A stretch of 64,000 bases of DNA from the human T2T-CHM13v2.0 reference genome, Homo sapiens (GCF_009914755.1 NC_060936.1), one strand, 5' to 3'. Positions 29,810-45,782 are shown, numbered from the stretch's first letter. A program made the numbers and translations. Notes: a model not told the origin generated them from the sequence alone.

Positions 29810-32554
29810 CTTTGTGGATTTATCTACCTTTGGTCTTTAATGATGGTGACCTTCAGTGGGGTCTTTGAGTGGACGTGCTCTTCCTTTCTGTTTGTTAGTT
29901 TTCCTTCTAACAGTAAGGCCCCTCTGCTGCAGGTCTGCTGGAGTTTTCTGGAGGTCCACTCCAGACCCTGTTTGCCTGAGTATCACCAGCAGAGGCTGCA
30001 GAACACCAAAGATTGCTGCCTGTTCTTTCCTCTGGTAGCTTTGTCCCAGAGGGGCACCTGCCAGATACCAGCCAGAGCTCTCCTGCATGAGGTGTCTTTC
30101 GGCCCCTACTAGGAGTGTCTCCCAACCAGGATACACGGGGGTCAGGGACCCACTTGATAAGGCAGTCTGACCCTTAGCAGAGCTCAAATGCTGTGCTAGG
30201 AGGTCCGCTGCTCTCTTCAGAGCGATCAGGCAAGGGATTAAGTCTGCTGAAGCTGTGCCCACAGCTGCCCCTTCCCCCAGGTGCTCTGTCCCAGGGAGAT
30301 GGGGGTTTTATCTATATGTTCCTGACTGTGGCTGCTACCTTTTTTTCAGAGATGCCCTGCCCAGAGAGGAGAAATCTGGCAGTCTAGCCACAGCGGCCTT
30401 ACTGAGCTGCAGTGAGCTCCACCCAGTTCAAACTTCCTGGTGGCTTTGTTTACACTGTGAGGGTAAAACCGCCTACTCAAGCCTCAGCAATGGCAGATGT
30501 CCCTCCCTCCACCAAGCTCCAGAGTCCCCAGTCGGTGGATCTCAGACTGCTGCTTTGCTGGCAGCAAGAATTTCAAGCCAGTAGATCTTAGTTTGCTGGG
30601 CTCTGTGAGGTTGGGACCTGCCAAGCCAGACCACTTGGCTCCCTGGCTTCAGCACCCCTTTCCAGGGGAGTGAATGGTTCTGTCTCACTGGTGTTCCAGG
30701 CGCCACTGGAGTATGGGAAAAAACAAAACAAACAAACAAAAAAAAACCTCCTGCAGCTAGTTCAGTGTCCACCCAAACAGCTGCCCAGTTTTGTGCTTGA
30801 AACCCAGGTCGCTGGTGGGGTAGGCACTGGAGGGAATCTCCTGGTCTGCGGGTTACAAAGAACGTGGGAAAAGCACGTTTCTTTTTCTTTCTGGGCCAGA
30901 TGGCACGGTTCCTCAGGCTCAGTCCCTCACAGCTTTCCTTGTGCTTCCTGGGTGAGGCGATGCCCCACCCTGTTTTGGCAAGCCCTCCATGAGCTGTATC
31001 CACAGTTCAACCAGTCCCAATGAGATGAACCGGGTACCTCAGTTGGAAATGCAGAAATCACCCGCCTTCTGCATCAATCTCACTGGGAGCTGCAGACCAC
31101 AGCTGTTCCTATTCGGCCATCTTGCCAGCAAATGCTCCCAAAATAGCAGCTTTAAGGAAACTCAGTGATCTCCAAGATAACGGAGAAAAGCAATTAAGAA
31201 ACTTATCAGATAAATTTAACAAAGAGGTTGAAATAAAAATAAGCCAAACAGAAATCTTGGAACTGAGAAATATATTTGCTGAACTGAAAAACTTATTAGA
31301 GGCTCTCAACAGCAGAATGGATCAAGCACAGGAAAGAATTAGTGAGCTCAAAGACAGGCTCTTTGAAAATACAGTCAAAGGAGAAAAAGGAAAAAAGAAT
31401 GAAAAAGAATGAAGATTCCCTACAAGATATACAAAGTTACCTCAAAAGACCAAATCTAAGAAGTATCGGTATTTAAGAGGAAGTTGAGTAAGAAAAGGGG
31501 GTAGAAAGTTTATTCAAAGAAGTAATAACAGAATAATCTCCAAAATTTGAAAAATATATAAATATTTAGGTACAGGAAGGTTAGAGAATATTACACAAAT
31601 TTAACTCAAATAAGACTACCACAAGGAATATAATAACCAAACACTCAAAGGTCAAGTACAAAGAGAGGTTTCTAAAAGTAGCAAGAGGAAAGAAGCAAAT
31701 CATATATAAAGAAGCTCCTATTTGTCTGGCAACAAAGTTCTCAGTGCAAACCGTACAGGTCAAGAGGCAGTAGGAGGACATTTTTAAAGCACTCAAAGAA
31801 AAAAAAACCTTCCATTCTTTACTGGGTACGGTAAAGAATAAAGTAAAAAATAAAGAATAAATAAAAAAGTATTATAAAGTAAATACCTTTTTAAAGAATA
31901 AAGTAAAAAATAAAGAATAGCTTTCCTGTTTTCAGTGAAGCTATTCTTCAGCTATGAAAGGAAGTCTTTCTCAGACAATAAAAACAAAAGCTGAGACAAT
32001 TCACTGCCACAAGACCCATCTTACAAGAAATATCAATGAGAGTTCTTCAATCTGTAAAAAGAAAATACTAACATGCAAACAAAAAAAAAAACTGAACGTA
32101 TAAAACCCATAGGTAAAATTAAATGTAAGGACAAACCCAGAATATTTTTATATTGTAATTGTGATGTGCAATCCACTTATAATGCTAGTGTGAAGCTCAA
32201 AGGACAAGTCTATCAAAAGCAATAACAGATATAACAACCTTTAAAAGTAATATAAAAATGTGTAAATTGAAACAACATAACATCAAAATGGGAGAGGAAT
32301 GGAGTTAAAGTGTAGAGGTTTTTTCAAACAATTTTTTCTTTGTTTCTATTCTTTTCTTTTTCAAATATGTTGTCCTCTCTTTGAAATAACTTGTTATATC
32401 TATTTTTGTAAGCCTCGTAGTAATAATCACAATGCAAAACCCTGTGATAGATTCATGACAAATTAAAAGCAATGCCAAAAAATATTACCAGAGACAAATC
32501 ACTTAGCTACAAAAGAAGGCAGTGATAAAGAAAGAAAGGAGGAGAGGAGTTTAC

Positions 32555-32582
<28 letters not shown>
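32555..32582. repeat. Poly(A) tract, ~28 nt
   Basis: uninterrupted A run in the L1M inter-ORF region. Confidence 0.9.
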
Positions 32583-32585
<3 letters not shown>

Positions 32586-34279
32586 GAAAACGAGCACCAA
32601 ACTGGCAGAAGTGAGTCCTTATTTATCAATAACAATGAATGTAATTCGATTCAATTCTCCAATTAAAAGACAAAGAGTACCTGAAAGGACAAAGCAACAA
32701 AACCCATCTCTAAGTTGCCTACAAGAAACCCACTTCACCTATAAAGATACACATGCACTGACAGTGAAAGGGTGGCAAAAATTTCCATGCAACTGAAAAC
32801 CAAAAAACAGCAAGAGTAGCTGTACTTCCATCAGATAAATAGACTACAAATCAAAGACTGTAAAAAGAAACAAGTTTACTATATAATGATAAAGGGGTCA
32901 ACTTAGCAAGAGAATATAACAATTATAAATATGTATGAACCCAACACCAGAACTCCCAAGTATATGAAGCAAATGTTAATAGATCTAAAGGGAAAGACAG
33001 ACTGCAATAAAGCAATCGTAGGAGACTTCAATGGCCTACTCTTAATAATGGAGATCATCCAGATAGAAAAATTAACAAAGAATCTTAGTACTTAAACTAC
33101 ACACTACGCACTAGACCAAATAGGCCTGACATTTACAGAACATGTCATCCAACTGCTGCAGAATACATATTCTTTTCATCAACACATGGAACATTCTTGA
33201 GCACAGACCATATCTTAGGCCACAAAACAAGTCTCATCAAGTTCAAAAATAGAAATCATATCCAGTATCTTTTCTGACCACAAAGAAATAAAAGTAGAAA
33301 CCAATAACAAGAGGAATCTCAGAAACTACACGATTACCTAGAAATTAAGTAGCATGCTCCTGAATGATCAATGGGTCAACATATAATCAAGAAGAAAACT
33401 TAAAAATTCTTGAATAAAATGAAGATGGAAATACAACATACCAAAACCTATGGAATAAAGAATAAGGAATACTAAGACAGAAATTTATAGCAATAGACTT
33501 CATCAAAAAAGTAAAAACATTTCAAATAAACGACTTAACAATGCACCCCAAGGAACTAGAAAAGCAAGAACAACCCAAACCCAAATTAGTAGAAGGCAAG
33601 AAATAAAAAAGAGCAGAGCAGAAATAAATGAAATTGTGATTATGAAAACAATTGAGAAAGCCAATTCAATAAAGACTTGGTTTTTTTGTAAAGATAAACA
33701 AAATTGACAAACCTTTAGCTACACTAAGAAAAAAAGAGAGAAGATTCAAAGTAAATCAGAAACAAAAAAGGAAACATAACAACTGAGAACTCAGAAATAC
33801 ACAGAACCATTAGAGACTATTATGAACAGATAACACACTAACAAATGGGAAAACCTGAAAGAAACTGATAAATTCCTGAACACATGAAACCTACCAAGAC
33901 TGAACCATGAAGAAATAGAAATCTTCACAAACCAATAACAAGTAACGAGATAGAAGTTGTAATAAAAACACTCTCATCAAAGAGAAAACCAGAACCTGAT
34001 GGTTTCACTATTGAACTCTACCAAATATTTAAAGATGAACTATTAACAGTTCTCAAACTCTTCAAAAATATTGAAGAGGAGGCAGTACTTTCAAACTCAT
34101 TCTACACTGTGGCTCATACCTATAATCCCAGCACTTTTGGAGGCTGAGGCAGGAGGATTGCTTGAAGCTAGGAATTTGAGACCAGCCTGGGCAACTTAGT
34201 GAGAATGATTCTATATATATATATAATATTCTATATATATATTCTATATATATATACTATATGTATATATATACACTTT

Positions 34280-34745
34280 TTAAAATATTTATATATTTTA
34301 TATATGTATTTTAAAATATATATATTTTATATATGTATTTTAAAATATATATATTTTATATATGTATTTTAAAATATATATATTTTATATATGTATTTTA
34401 AAATATATATATTTTATATATGTATTTTAAAATATATATATTTTATATATGTATTTTAAAATATATATATTTTATATATGTATTTTAAAATATATATATT
34501 TTATATATGTATTTTAAAATATATATATTTTATATATGTATTTTAAAATATATATATTTTATATATGTATTTTAAAATATATATATTTTATATGTATTTT
34601 AAAATATATATATTTTATATGTATTTTAAAATATATATATTTTATATATGTATTTTAAAATATATATATTTTATATATGTATTTTAAAATATATATATTT
34701 TACATATGTATTTTAAAAAATATATATTTTATATATGTATTTTAA
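34280..34745. repeat. 29-bp AT-rich minisatellite, ~16 copies (atatatatattttatatatgtattttaaa)
   Basis: gtattttaaaa recurs at 29-bp spacing (e.g. 34335, 34364); a few 27-bp variants. Confidence 0.93.
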
Positions 34746-34785
34746 TAGAGAATGGTTCTCACTATGTTGCCCAGGCTGGTCTCAA

Positions 34786-36170
34786 AATATATATATATAT
34801 TTATATATTATTTATATTTATATTATTATATTATTTATATTTACATTTTTTATAATTATAAATATATTATTTATATTTATATTTATATATTTATATATTA
34901 TTTATATTATAATTTATATATAATTTCTATATAATTAATATATTTGATATATAATTTATATTAAATTATTATATATATATTATATATAATTTATTTATAT
35001 TTATATATTATATATTTATATTAATATAAATATATTTATATATATAAATATATTTATATTACATATATTATATATATTTATATATATAAATATATTTATA
35101 TTACATATATTATATATATTTTTATATATAAATATATTTATATTACATATATTATATCTATTTATATATTTTATGTATATTTATATATTATATATATTTG
35201 TATATATTATATATATTTTATATATATTATATATATATTTTATATGTATTTATATTTTTATATATATTTTATATATCTTTATATATATCTTATGTATATT
35301 TATATATATTTTATATATTTATATATTATATATTTGTATATAATATATATTTATATATATTTTATATATATTTATATAGATTATATATATTTTTATATAT
35401 TTTATATATTTATATATTATATATATTTATACATATTTTATACATTCATATATTATATATATTTATATATATTTTATATATTTATATATTATATATTTAT
35501 ATATATTTATATATTTATATATTGTATATATTTATATATATATTTATATATTTATATATTGTATATATTTATATATATTTTATATATTGATATATATTAT
35601 ATATTTATATATTTTATATATTGATATATATTATATATATTCATATATATTTTATATATTTATATATATTATATATTTATATATATTTTATATATTTATA
35701 TATTATATATATTTATATATATTTTATATATTTATATATTATACATTTATATATTATATATATTTATATATTATATATATTTATATATTATATATTTATA
35801 TATTATATATATTTATATATTATATATATTTATATATAGTTTATATATTTATATATTTTATATATTTATATATTTTTATATATATTTATATATTTTTATA
35901 TATTTTTATATTGTTTATATATTTATGTATTTATATATTTATATATATTTTATATATTTATATTATATATTTATATATTATATAAATATATAATATAAAT
36001 ATATGTTTATATTATATATTATATATAATACATATAAAATATATATTTTCAGTAGAGTATACATATAAGATATACATTTTAAGTAGAGTATATATATATT
36101 TCAGTAGAGTGTGTGTGTGTGTATTTATATATACATATAAATATATACACATATATATACACACACACAC
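34786..36170. repeat. (TA/TATT)n low-complexity tract ending in (TG)n/(CA)n
   Basis: almost pure A/T for ~1.3 kb; source of the spurious Y/I-rich ORFs. Confidence 0.95.
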
Positions 36171-37016
36171 ACTCAGGAGGCTGAGGCAAGAGGATTGCTT
36201 CAGCCCAGGAGTCTGAGGCTGCAGTGAGCTATAATTGTATTACTGCACTCCAGTCTGGGTGACATAGCAAGACTCTGTCCCTAAAAATAATAGTAGTAAA
36301 TTTTTTAATTTAAAAATTAAAAAAAATAAAGCAAACACATTCTATGAGGCCAACATTACCATGATACCAAAACCAAACAAAAAGCAACAACAAAAATTAC
36401 AGGCCAATATCACTGATGACCATAGATGCAAAAATTCTCAACAAAATATTGGCAAACTGAATTCACCAATATGTTAAAAAATCATTCACCATGATCTAAT
36501 GGGATTCATGTCAGAAGTGCAAGGATGGTTGAACATACATAAATCAGTAAGTGTAGTACATAACATGAAGAGAATGAAGGACAAAAACCGTATGATCATC
36601 TCAATAGATGCTAACAAACTATGCAATAAAATTCAACATCCCTTTATGATAAAAACCCTCAACATACTGGCTATATAAGGAACATACCGCAAAATAATAA
36701 ATACCATATATGATAAACCCACAAGACAAAGATGTCCACTTTCATCATTTTTATTCAAAATAATACTGGAAATATTGGCCAGAGAAATTAGGCAAAAGAA
36801 ATAAATAAAAGACATCTAAATTGGAAAGGAAAAAGTCAAACTAGCATTTCTCACAGATGACATGATCTTATATTCAGAAAAACCTAAAGACTTCACCAGA
36901 AACCTTTTAAAACTGATAAACAATTTCAGTAAAATTTCAGCACACAAAATGAACATGTAAAAATCAGTAGCATTAAATACACCAATAAAGAACTATCTGA
37001 AAAAAATCAAGAAAGG

Positions 37017-38598
<1,582 letters not shown>

Positions 38599-38719
38599 CT
38601 ATGTAAGGGAAACTATAAAACATTAAAGAAAGAAATTGAAATGGACACACAAAAAAATGAGAGATATTCCATGCTTATGGATTGGAAGAATTAATTTTGT
38701 CAAAATGACAATACTGCTA

Positions 38720-39077
38720 TGTATTATTTTGTTCTCATGCTGTTAATTAAGACATACACAAGACTGGGTAATTTATAAAGGAAAGTGGTTTAATGGACTC
38801 ACCGTTCCATATGGCTGAGGGGGCCTCACAACCATGGCGGAAGACAAAGCAAAAGCACGTCTTATATGGTGGCAGACAAGGGGGCGTGTGCAGGGGAACC
38901 CCCATTTATAAAACCGTCAGATCTCATGAGACTTATTCACTATCACAAGAATAACACGGGAAAGACCCAGCCCCATGATTCAATTACTTCCCATTTGGTG
39001 CCTCCCATGATACATGGGAATTACAGGAGCTACAATTCAAGATGAGATTTGGGTGGGGACACAGCCAAACCATATCA
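38720..39077 (-). mobile_element. THE1B solo LTR
   Basis: tgtatta...ggggacacagccaaaccatatca; TSD tgcta/tgctc. Confidence 0.9.
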
Positions 39078-39204
39078 TGCTCAAAGCAATTTACAGATTC
39101 AATGCAATCCCTATCAAAGTACTAATGGCATCCTGCATAGAAATAGAAACAATAATCCTAAAATTTATATGAAACCACAAAATATACCGAATAGCCAAAA
39201 CAAT

Positions 39205-39562
39205 TGTGGTAGTCTGCTTTGCATTGCTATAAAGGAATACCTGAGGCTAGGTAATTTATAAACAAAAGAGGTTTATTTGGCTGAAGATTCTTCAGGCTGT
39301 ATGAGAAGCATACTGCTGGCATCTGCATCTGCTTCTGGTGAGGGACTCAGGAAGCTTACAACATTGGTCGAAGGCAAAGAAGGAGAGAGAGAAGAGCAGG
39401 AACAAAGAAGAAAAGAAGAGAGGAGGAAAGAGAGAGAAGAGGAGGTGCCAGGCTGTTTTAAACAACCAGCTCTTGTGTGAACTAATAGAGTGAGAACTCA
39501 CTCATTACCATGGGAAGGGCACCAAGCCATTCGTGAGCAATCTGCCCCCAGGACCCAAACAC
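39205..39562 (-). mobile_element. MSTB-like LTR, truncated
   Basis: 'gcattgctataaaggaatacctgaggctaggtaatttata', 'ccaggctgttttaaacaaccagctct'. Confidence 0.85.
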
Positions 39563-39930
39563 ATGGCTGGGCCTTACTTCCAAGGGTAGACCATAAATAG
39601 TGATGCAACTTCACCATAGTCTCTTGGACCATTTGTTATGAAGGTACCAACTGTCATACACTATAATGACACTCAAGCAGCCCCAGGACCCATATGGAAA
39701 GGCTGAAGCCCTGGGCCAACAGCCAACACTGACTTGCTAACCATGAAAATGAATAACCTTGACAATGAATCCTCCAGCACCAGTCAAGCCTCAGGGTGAC
39801 TGAAGTGCCAGCAAAAAACTGACTGTAACCAGGAGAAATCATTAGTGAGAAGAACCTGGCTGATCCCTTCCCAGATTTCTGATACTCCAATTTCATAAGC
39901 ATAATAACATTTAGGGACAATGATTATGCA
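39563..39930 (+). mobile_element. MLT1 (F/G/H-like) LTR fragment
   Basis: 'atcctccagcaccagtcaagcctcagggtgactg', 'cccagatttctgat'. Confidence 0.6.
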
Positions 39931-39989
39931 CCATTACATAACTTGTGACTTGATTACTATTCTCATAATGGTACTTAAAAGAGGAGTTT

Positions 39990-40255
39990 GTGAAGTTGAT
40001 GTCTTAATAATGCTCATAACCCCCAACTCTAAGTACTTTGTAAGTGGCACACTAAATTTCTTTCAAACAAATTACATTCTTTCTTATTATATACTTGAGA
40101 GGTGGGCATGGAAGGGCTTTTTAAATGAATTTTATTTTAAATTTGAAGAAATTAATACTTAGAGTTTAAACAACAAACCCAATTTTCCTTAGCTGGTTAG
40201 CAGCAAATCCAGGATCAAAACACATGTCTTTCAATGCAATCCTTCCTGCTGCACA
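39990..40255 (-). mobile_element. MIR fragment
   Basis: 'agctggttagcagcaaatccaggatcaaaacacatgtct'. Confidence 0.45.
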
Positions 40256-41122
40256 TCACCAGGAATTTTCAGCACTACCTCAAGGCAACAATAGAGACTT
40301 AGGGTCAGAGCTTTCTGTTGATCCTCAAAGTGTAGCATGTGTGTACTGGGATCATCCACATTTGCAAGTAAAGGATCAAATGAGACAACACAAGGTGCAG
40401 CTGTTGAAGCAGACCTGTGGTGGATAACCAGGCAGGAGTGAGCTAAGGTTGTTACTGTAAAAACAGAATACTACATACAACCGCTTTTGTTCATTTCTCT
40501 GTCTACTAATACTTTCCAGACTCCAAAATTTAGACATCTTGAAAATCCTGCTGCAGCTTTTCCTTTCCAAGGATTTGGTCAAGATTATAGACACATGTGC
40601 TTGGAACGTCCTAATTCTGTGTGTTATAATGTGTTTTCCATTTGTGATTTCACTGAAGACTCCTAATATCTAGAACAGTCTCACAGACTCCAAGACACTT
40701 AACACCAAGTCCTGTTTGATAATAAAGACATTCTTTTTCTCTGACAGGCCAAAATAAATGTGCACACCAAGATTTTTTGTTGGTTATTCATTTATTTTGC
40801 AAAAATGGAAATTTTGCAATCTTTTCAATACATTTATTTTCATGTCCTCTATCACTCTCCAACTTATGTCCTGATTTGTTCCAAGTTCAACACTTTGGAT
40901 TTCCCACTAGGTTGTGAAATCCAGTGTAAAAGACACACTCCTATTCCATTGCTTCTTCCTCCAAGGCTCTGAACCCTTTAATTATAGGAATAAATAGCAA
41001 GGCTAGCATTGGAGAGGGAAAAGTCATGAAATGATAGCTTGAAATGGTTTTTAAAAGGAGCAAGCCTTGGCCCAACCCCTTTACTTGGGAGAGTCAGCCT
41101 TTTTTTTTTTTTTTTTGTCTAG

Positions 41123-41292
41123 AACAGTGATTCACCTCCTTACCTGCATATCAGAATCATTCTACAAGTGCCAACTAATGTCTGGGGTTCACCTCAGAGC
41201 AATGAAATTAATTCAGTATCTCTGGGATGGCATTAAGATTTTCAACCAGTTCTCCAGGTAACTTCAAGATACAGCTAGAGTAGGGAGCATAA
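41123..41292. mobile_element. MER5A/B-like MITE
   Basis: 'ctgcatatcagaatca', 'attcagtatctctgggatgg', 'tctccaggtaacttc'. Confidence 0.6.
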
Positions 41293-43214
41293 GTCTAAGG
41301 TATGGTTTTGGGGTTGCTTGAAAATGACAGAGATTCCTCATTTTCCTTCACAAGCTTGCTTTCTAATCATGATCTGCCTCTGACAATAAAAGGCACTATA
41401 GTTGGAGATGACCAGGTCAGCCTCCTATGTTGCTTCATGGTCGCGTCAGTACTGAGCAAGACATAAGCTTACATTTTCTACCTGGCCCTGAGGAAGCTTG
41501 ATCTTAAATGTTAGGACACTGTACAAATTTTACTGACTCTTTTTGCCTTCATTTACCCCAGGTCTTGAGGGTAAAATTACCCAGCGAACACAGTATGTCT
41601 TATTTAACAGGCTGAGTGCAATGATGATAATAGCCCTACCCTGTGTTAGTTGTAGCCACATTTTAGAAGTAATTGTCTTTAATGCTGCCCATGTTTTAAT
41701 AATAGGCAGGATATCATTATAAACGAAGTTCATTATTGCTTTTAAATGGCTCCCTGGTGCATGATCTTGCCCCATCCTACTTACTTAATCCTGCCACTTA
41801 CATGCCTATATAGATCACTTTCTTATAGAAACTCCATATTCTCATAAAATTTCCTCTCCTATGAGAGAGGCTTTAGGCCTTCTCGTAATCATCACATAAG
41901 TCATCAAAGCATTCACAGATCTATGTCATCATCCAGTTTGACTTGAAGCTCTGAAAGTAGTGATCTGTTTTTCATAACTCTCTGTATTCAAGTGACCATT
42001 ACAGTAATCTGCTCATAATGGATGTTTCACAGGTGCATAAAATAAATGCATGCAAATGTCCTCCGTTTAATTTCCCCCTGTAAATGGGCAGTATTTCTCT
42101 ATGCTGGAAAAAAGAAAGTCTGGATATAGAATGGCAAGACTATACAACAGATCCTTTTAGATATTGTGCCATTTTACAGATTCAGGAGTAATGAACAGTA
42201 AAACTCCTTGAACATTAAAATTATATAAGCTTCATCTTCTAAATAAGTCAAAAGCATGAGAATGACAGAACTTTAAATGTAGCTGCCTTGAGAGTGCTAT
42301 ATTTACATGGTGGGCAAAGGTAGTTAACCTTGGCTTGTATGCCAGATTCTGTGGGCGAATTTAATATCTTGTATTGCCTATATTCATTTTGTTTTCCAAT
42401 TTGTGTACATTGGATATATATTAGAATTAGGAATTTTAGTTATAAATATTTCTAATGATATCTGTTTTCTCTCTAAAAAATTACCTTACCTTTCTTTTTT
42501 TTTTTGACATTTCATTCCACCCACATGTTCTGGGATGCTCAGAATAAATAGAGGTACTAATAGAGATCAAGCAGTGATTTATTATCTTATTTGTAGTTTC
42601 CCTTTAATATATTAAATTGAATCTCTTGGCAAATAATTATCAATTACTTTATTTGCTATGCCCATCAAAATCTCACTCGACCTGTTTAACAAACATGATA
42701 GAAAATTGATTTTTCTCTTTTTTATGAAAAAAAGATCAACAAAGATTAAATACAGGCTAAATAGATTAAATAATGATATTTGACTCAGAACAAATACTAA
42801 CTACTGAGAAAATGAATATGATATAGAGAGTTGTATAATGTAATGAAGGTATCCCCAAATCCCTCCATATTTTGGCAATAATGATACTATTACAGAAAGC
42901 ATAAAGTCCCAACTAAAGGAAAACAACAGATGAAAAACTCTTTGTGCATTATGGTTAATAGGATTGTTTTTGTATACCTGTTTAAGGAAAACTCATTTTT
43001 TTTTCTTGAAATAATCCATTTAAACTAGATTTCTACAAAAAAATACTTTTTTATATTTCAATAATGGAGAAAAAAGGCATGACCTTAGAACTTCTGTGGT
43101 TCTATGAAAAAGCTTATAACAAAATCAATGGCTTTTCTTGTGCCTAGACAATAACACAGGTTAATTTTTGTTTTAAATAGAGAATATCATACACACACAC
43201 CATATTTTATTTTG

Positions 43215-43570
43215 CTTAATGTATCCACACAAATTTATTGAGTACTTATTGAGCCAGGGATTGGAGACAGTCAAAACACAAATAAGGTCTCCGCTCTCAT
43301 AAATACATGTTCTATCTACAGGAGGCAGAAAATAGACAAGTAATCAATTTGTAAATGAAATAATATTGCATGGTGGTAGGAGTTAAAACTAAAGTAAAAG
43401 CACAGAGTGTTGGGCAAAGGAATGCTATTTTAGATAAAATGTGAAATCTTTTTCAAGGGGCTGGCATATAAGCAGAAACTAGAATGTTGACAAGGAGCTG
43501 GCCACGTAAAACTTGATGCAAAAGAAGCTTGCTTCAAGCAGGGGAACAGCGAATGTGAGAGCCAGCAGGG
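43215..43570 (-). mobile_element. L2 3' fragment
   Basis: 'aaatttattgagtactt', 'aaggtctccgctctcat', 'gggaacagcgaatgtgaga'. Confidence 0.65.
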
Positions 43571-45139
43571 GGCTGGCTGGTTCACCACACAAATTATTGT
43601 TTATGATGTCTGTTTGAATGCCTTTTTGAATTAAAAAAGTAAATTACTGCTAAAATCATCAAAGTATGACTTACTGACTAAATCGGTCAGTACCTGTCCT
43701 GAGAACAGTGACGATTTGCATTTATTTGGCCACTTTAATTTTCATACACTTTAATTCAGCAGACAATTTGCAATTTTGTGTCTGGCAAAATCTCCCCATG
43801 AAAAGTAGTATACAGATGAGGAAAAGCTTCTGATTTATCATTCAGGTCATTCAGGATCCAAATCACAATCTCCTCCCCTCCCAATAAAATAATATAACCA
43901 CTTCACTGCACCGGCTGAGGGCTTTTCAGGATTGAGTCCATCTTACAATTGCCCATTTCAACAAGATTTGGCTGTCCACCATCTGCAGTACGCATTTTGT
44001 CATGAAAACAATGCCAGTTCCACAACATCAAACAACATAACCGTGACAGTCATGGAAGGGAGGCCATATCCCCAACAATTCCTAATAGAGCTTTTGTGCT
44101 GCTGTTAGAATTTTTCTTAAGAAAGATCACTTTCTAACATTAGAGCTGAGGACCGTAACTCATTAACAAAATAAGAGATTCATTTGGTTTTGGTTAAAAA
44201 TGAGATGAGAATGTGTTTTGAAGACATGAAAGTCTAAATTAGAAGGGGGAAAATGCAAATAACAACTGAAACCTGCCTTCAAAAATAGTAGGCGAGCTGT
44301 CTCAGCAGGAAAATGGAAAACAACCAAGAACTAAGAATCAAAAGTTTTAGCACAGTTTCTGCTATTTACTCATTAATGTTTGTGCATCTTTTAGATAGTA
44401 ATATACATGCAGAGATTACAGCATATTTCCTAGACAATAAGTGTGTTGTGACACATAAATAATGAATAGTAAAATGTGACTGAAACCTTCCTAAAACAGG
44501 AGAGCATCTGCACACCTTGATATTTCTGAATGGTTCAATTAATGAAAAGTAATTAACAGATATCTATATAAAGACATAGATTTATTATTTTAAAGAGGAT
44601 ACTTTCCCTTACTGTAATGAAAAACAAAGTTATTCTTCCCAGTAGAGGTCATGCAAGGGTCTATAATTAAGGAGTGTTTGTAATTAAGACCTTTGCATAT
44701 GTGAAAAGTATTGTAGAGTAATTATAAACATTTAATTTTTTAAATGCATTCATTGTTTCCTTTATAATCTTTTAACACATTTGGTTTTGCATTTGGATAC
44801 ATTTAGCATCATACAAAAATAAACCCCAATGCCCATATTTTATCATTTTTGATCTTACCAATTGAAAAATGTCAAACACCATCAACATTTAGAATGGCTA
44901 TATTTTCAGAACTAAAATTAGAAAGAATATAAGAATTATAAATATTGGAATATTCGAGGACTTTAAAATAATTCTTAAGGATTATTCTTCTTAATGGCAC
45001 TTAGTTCTCCTTAATTATCTCCTTAGTAGGCTCGACTATTGAACAAGACTCTCCAGCACATCCCAGGACACATGATGGCCACACTTATATTTTAGTTGTT
45101 ATGGCTTTGACCTGCACATTCAAATTGCAGCCATGTTGG

Positions 45140-45505
45140 TGATATGGTTTGACTCCATGTCTCCACCCAAATCTCATCTCAAATTATAATCCCTACATGT
45201 TGAAGGAGGGACCTGGTGGGAGGTGACTGGATCATGGAGGCGGTTTCCCCCATGCTATTCTCATGATAGTGAGTGAGTTCTCCCAAGAGCTGATGGTTTT
45301 AAACTGTGGCACTTCCTCCCTCACTCAGTCTCTCTCCTGCCACCTTGTGAAGGTGCTTGCTTCCCCTTCCCCTTCTGCCATGATTGTAAGTTTCCTGAGG
45401 CCTCCTCAGCCATGCAGAAATGTGAGTCAATTAAACCACTTTTGTTTATAAATTACCCAGTTTCAGGCAGTATCTTTATAGCAGTGTGAGAATGGACAAA
45501 TAATA
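45140..45505 (+). mobile_element. THE1D/MSTA solo LTR
   Basis: tgatatggtttg...ctttatagcagtgtgagaatggac; TSD gttgg/attgg. Confidence 0.9.
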
Positions 45506-45782
45506 ATTGGCATGCCCTTTCATAAATTTATATTTTTGCATAATCCTGGTCCTTCTCTCTAGCCTACACTCTTAACTTCTTCATGTAGGGAATTCCTCTT
45601 CATTCTCTATGTCCCAACTTAAATAGTAACAATTTCTATATATTAAAATCAGCTTCTGTCTATCAAGTAGCTAATAAGTACCAGGAATTAGGCTAAGCAC
45701 TTTCCAAACATCATCTCATTTATTATTTACAATAAATCTGTGACATTTTCTAGATATGAAACTTCAATAAAGAGGTTAACAC

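Larger units (their letters stand above)
34108..36330 (+). mobile_element. AluJ split by an AT-rich expansion (left arm 34108-34212, right arm 36171-36330)
   Basis: 'aggaggattgcttgaagctaggaatttgagacc' and 'gaggattgcttcagcccaggagtctgaggctgcagtgagcta'; TSD caaac(t/a)cattcta. Confidence 0.88.

Noticed and set aside
35198-35985. Four Y/I/F-rich ORFs of 72-132 aa
   Set aside because: Artefacts of the (TA)-rich low-complexity tract.
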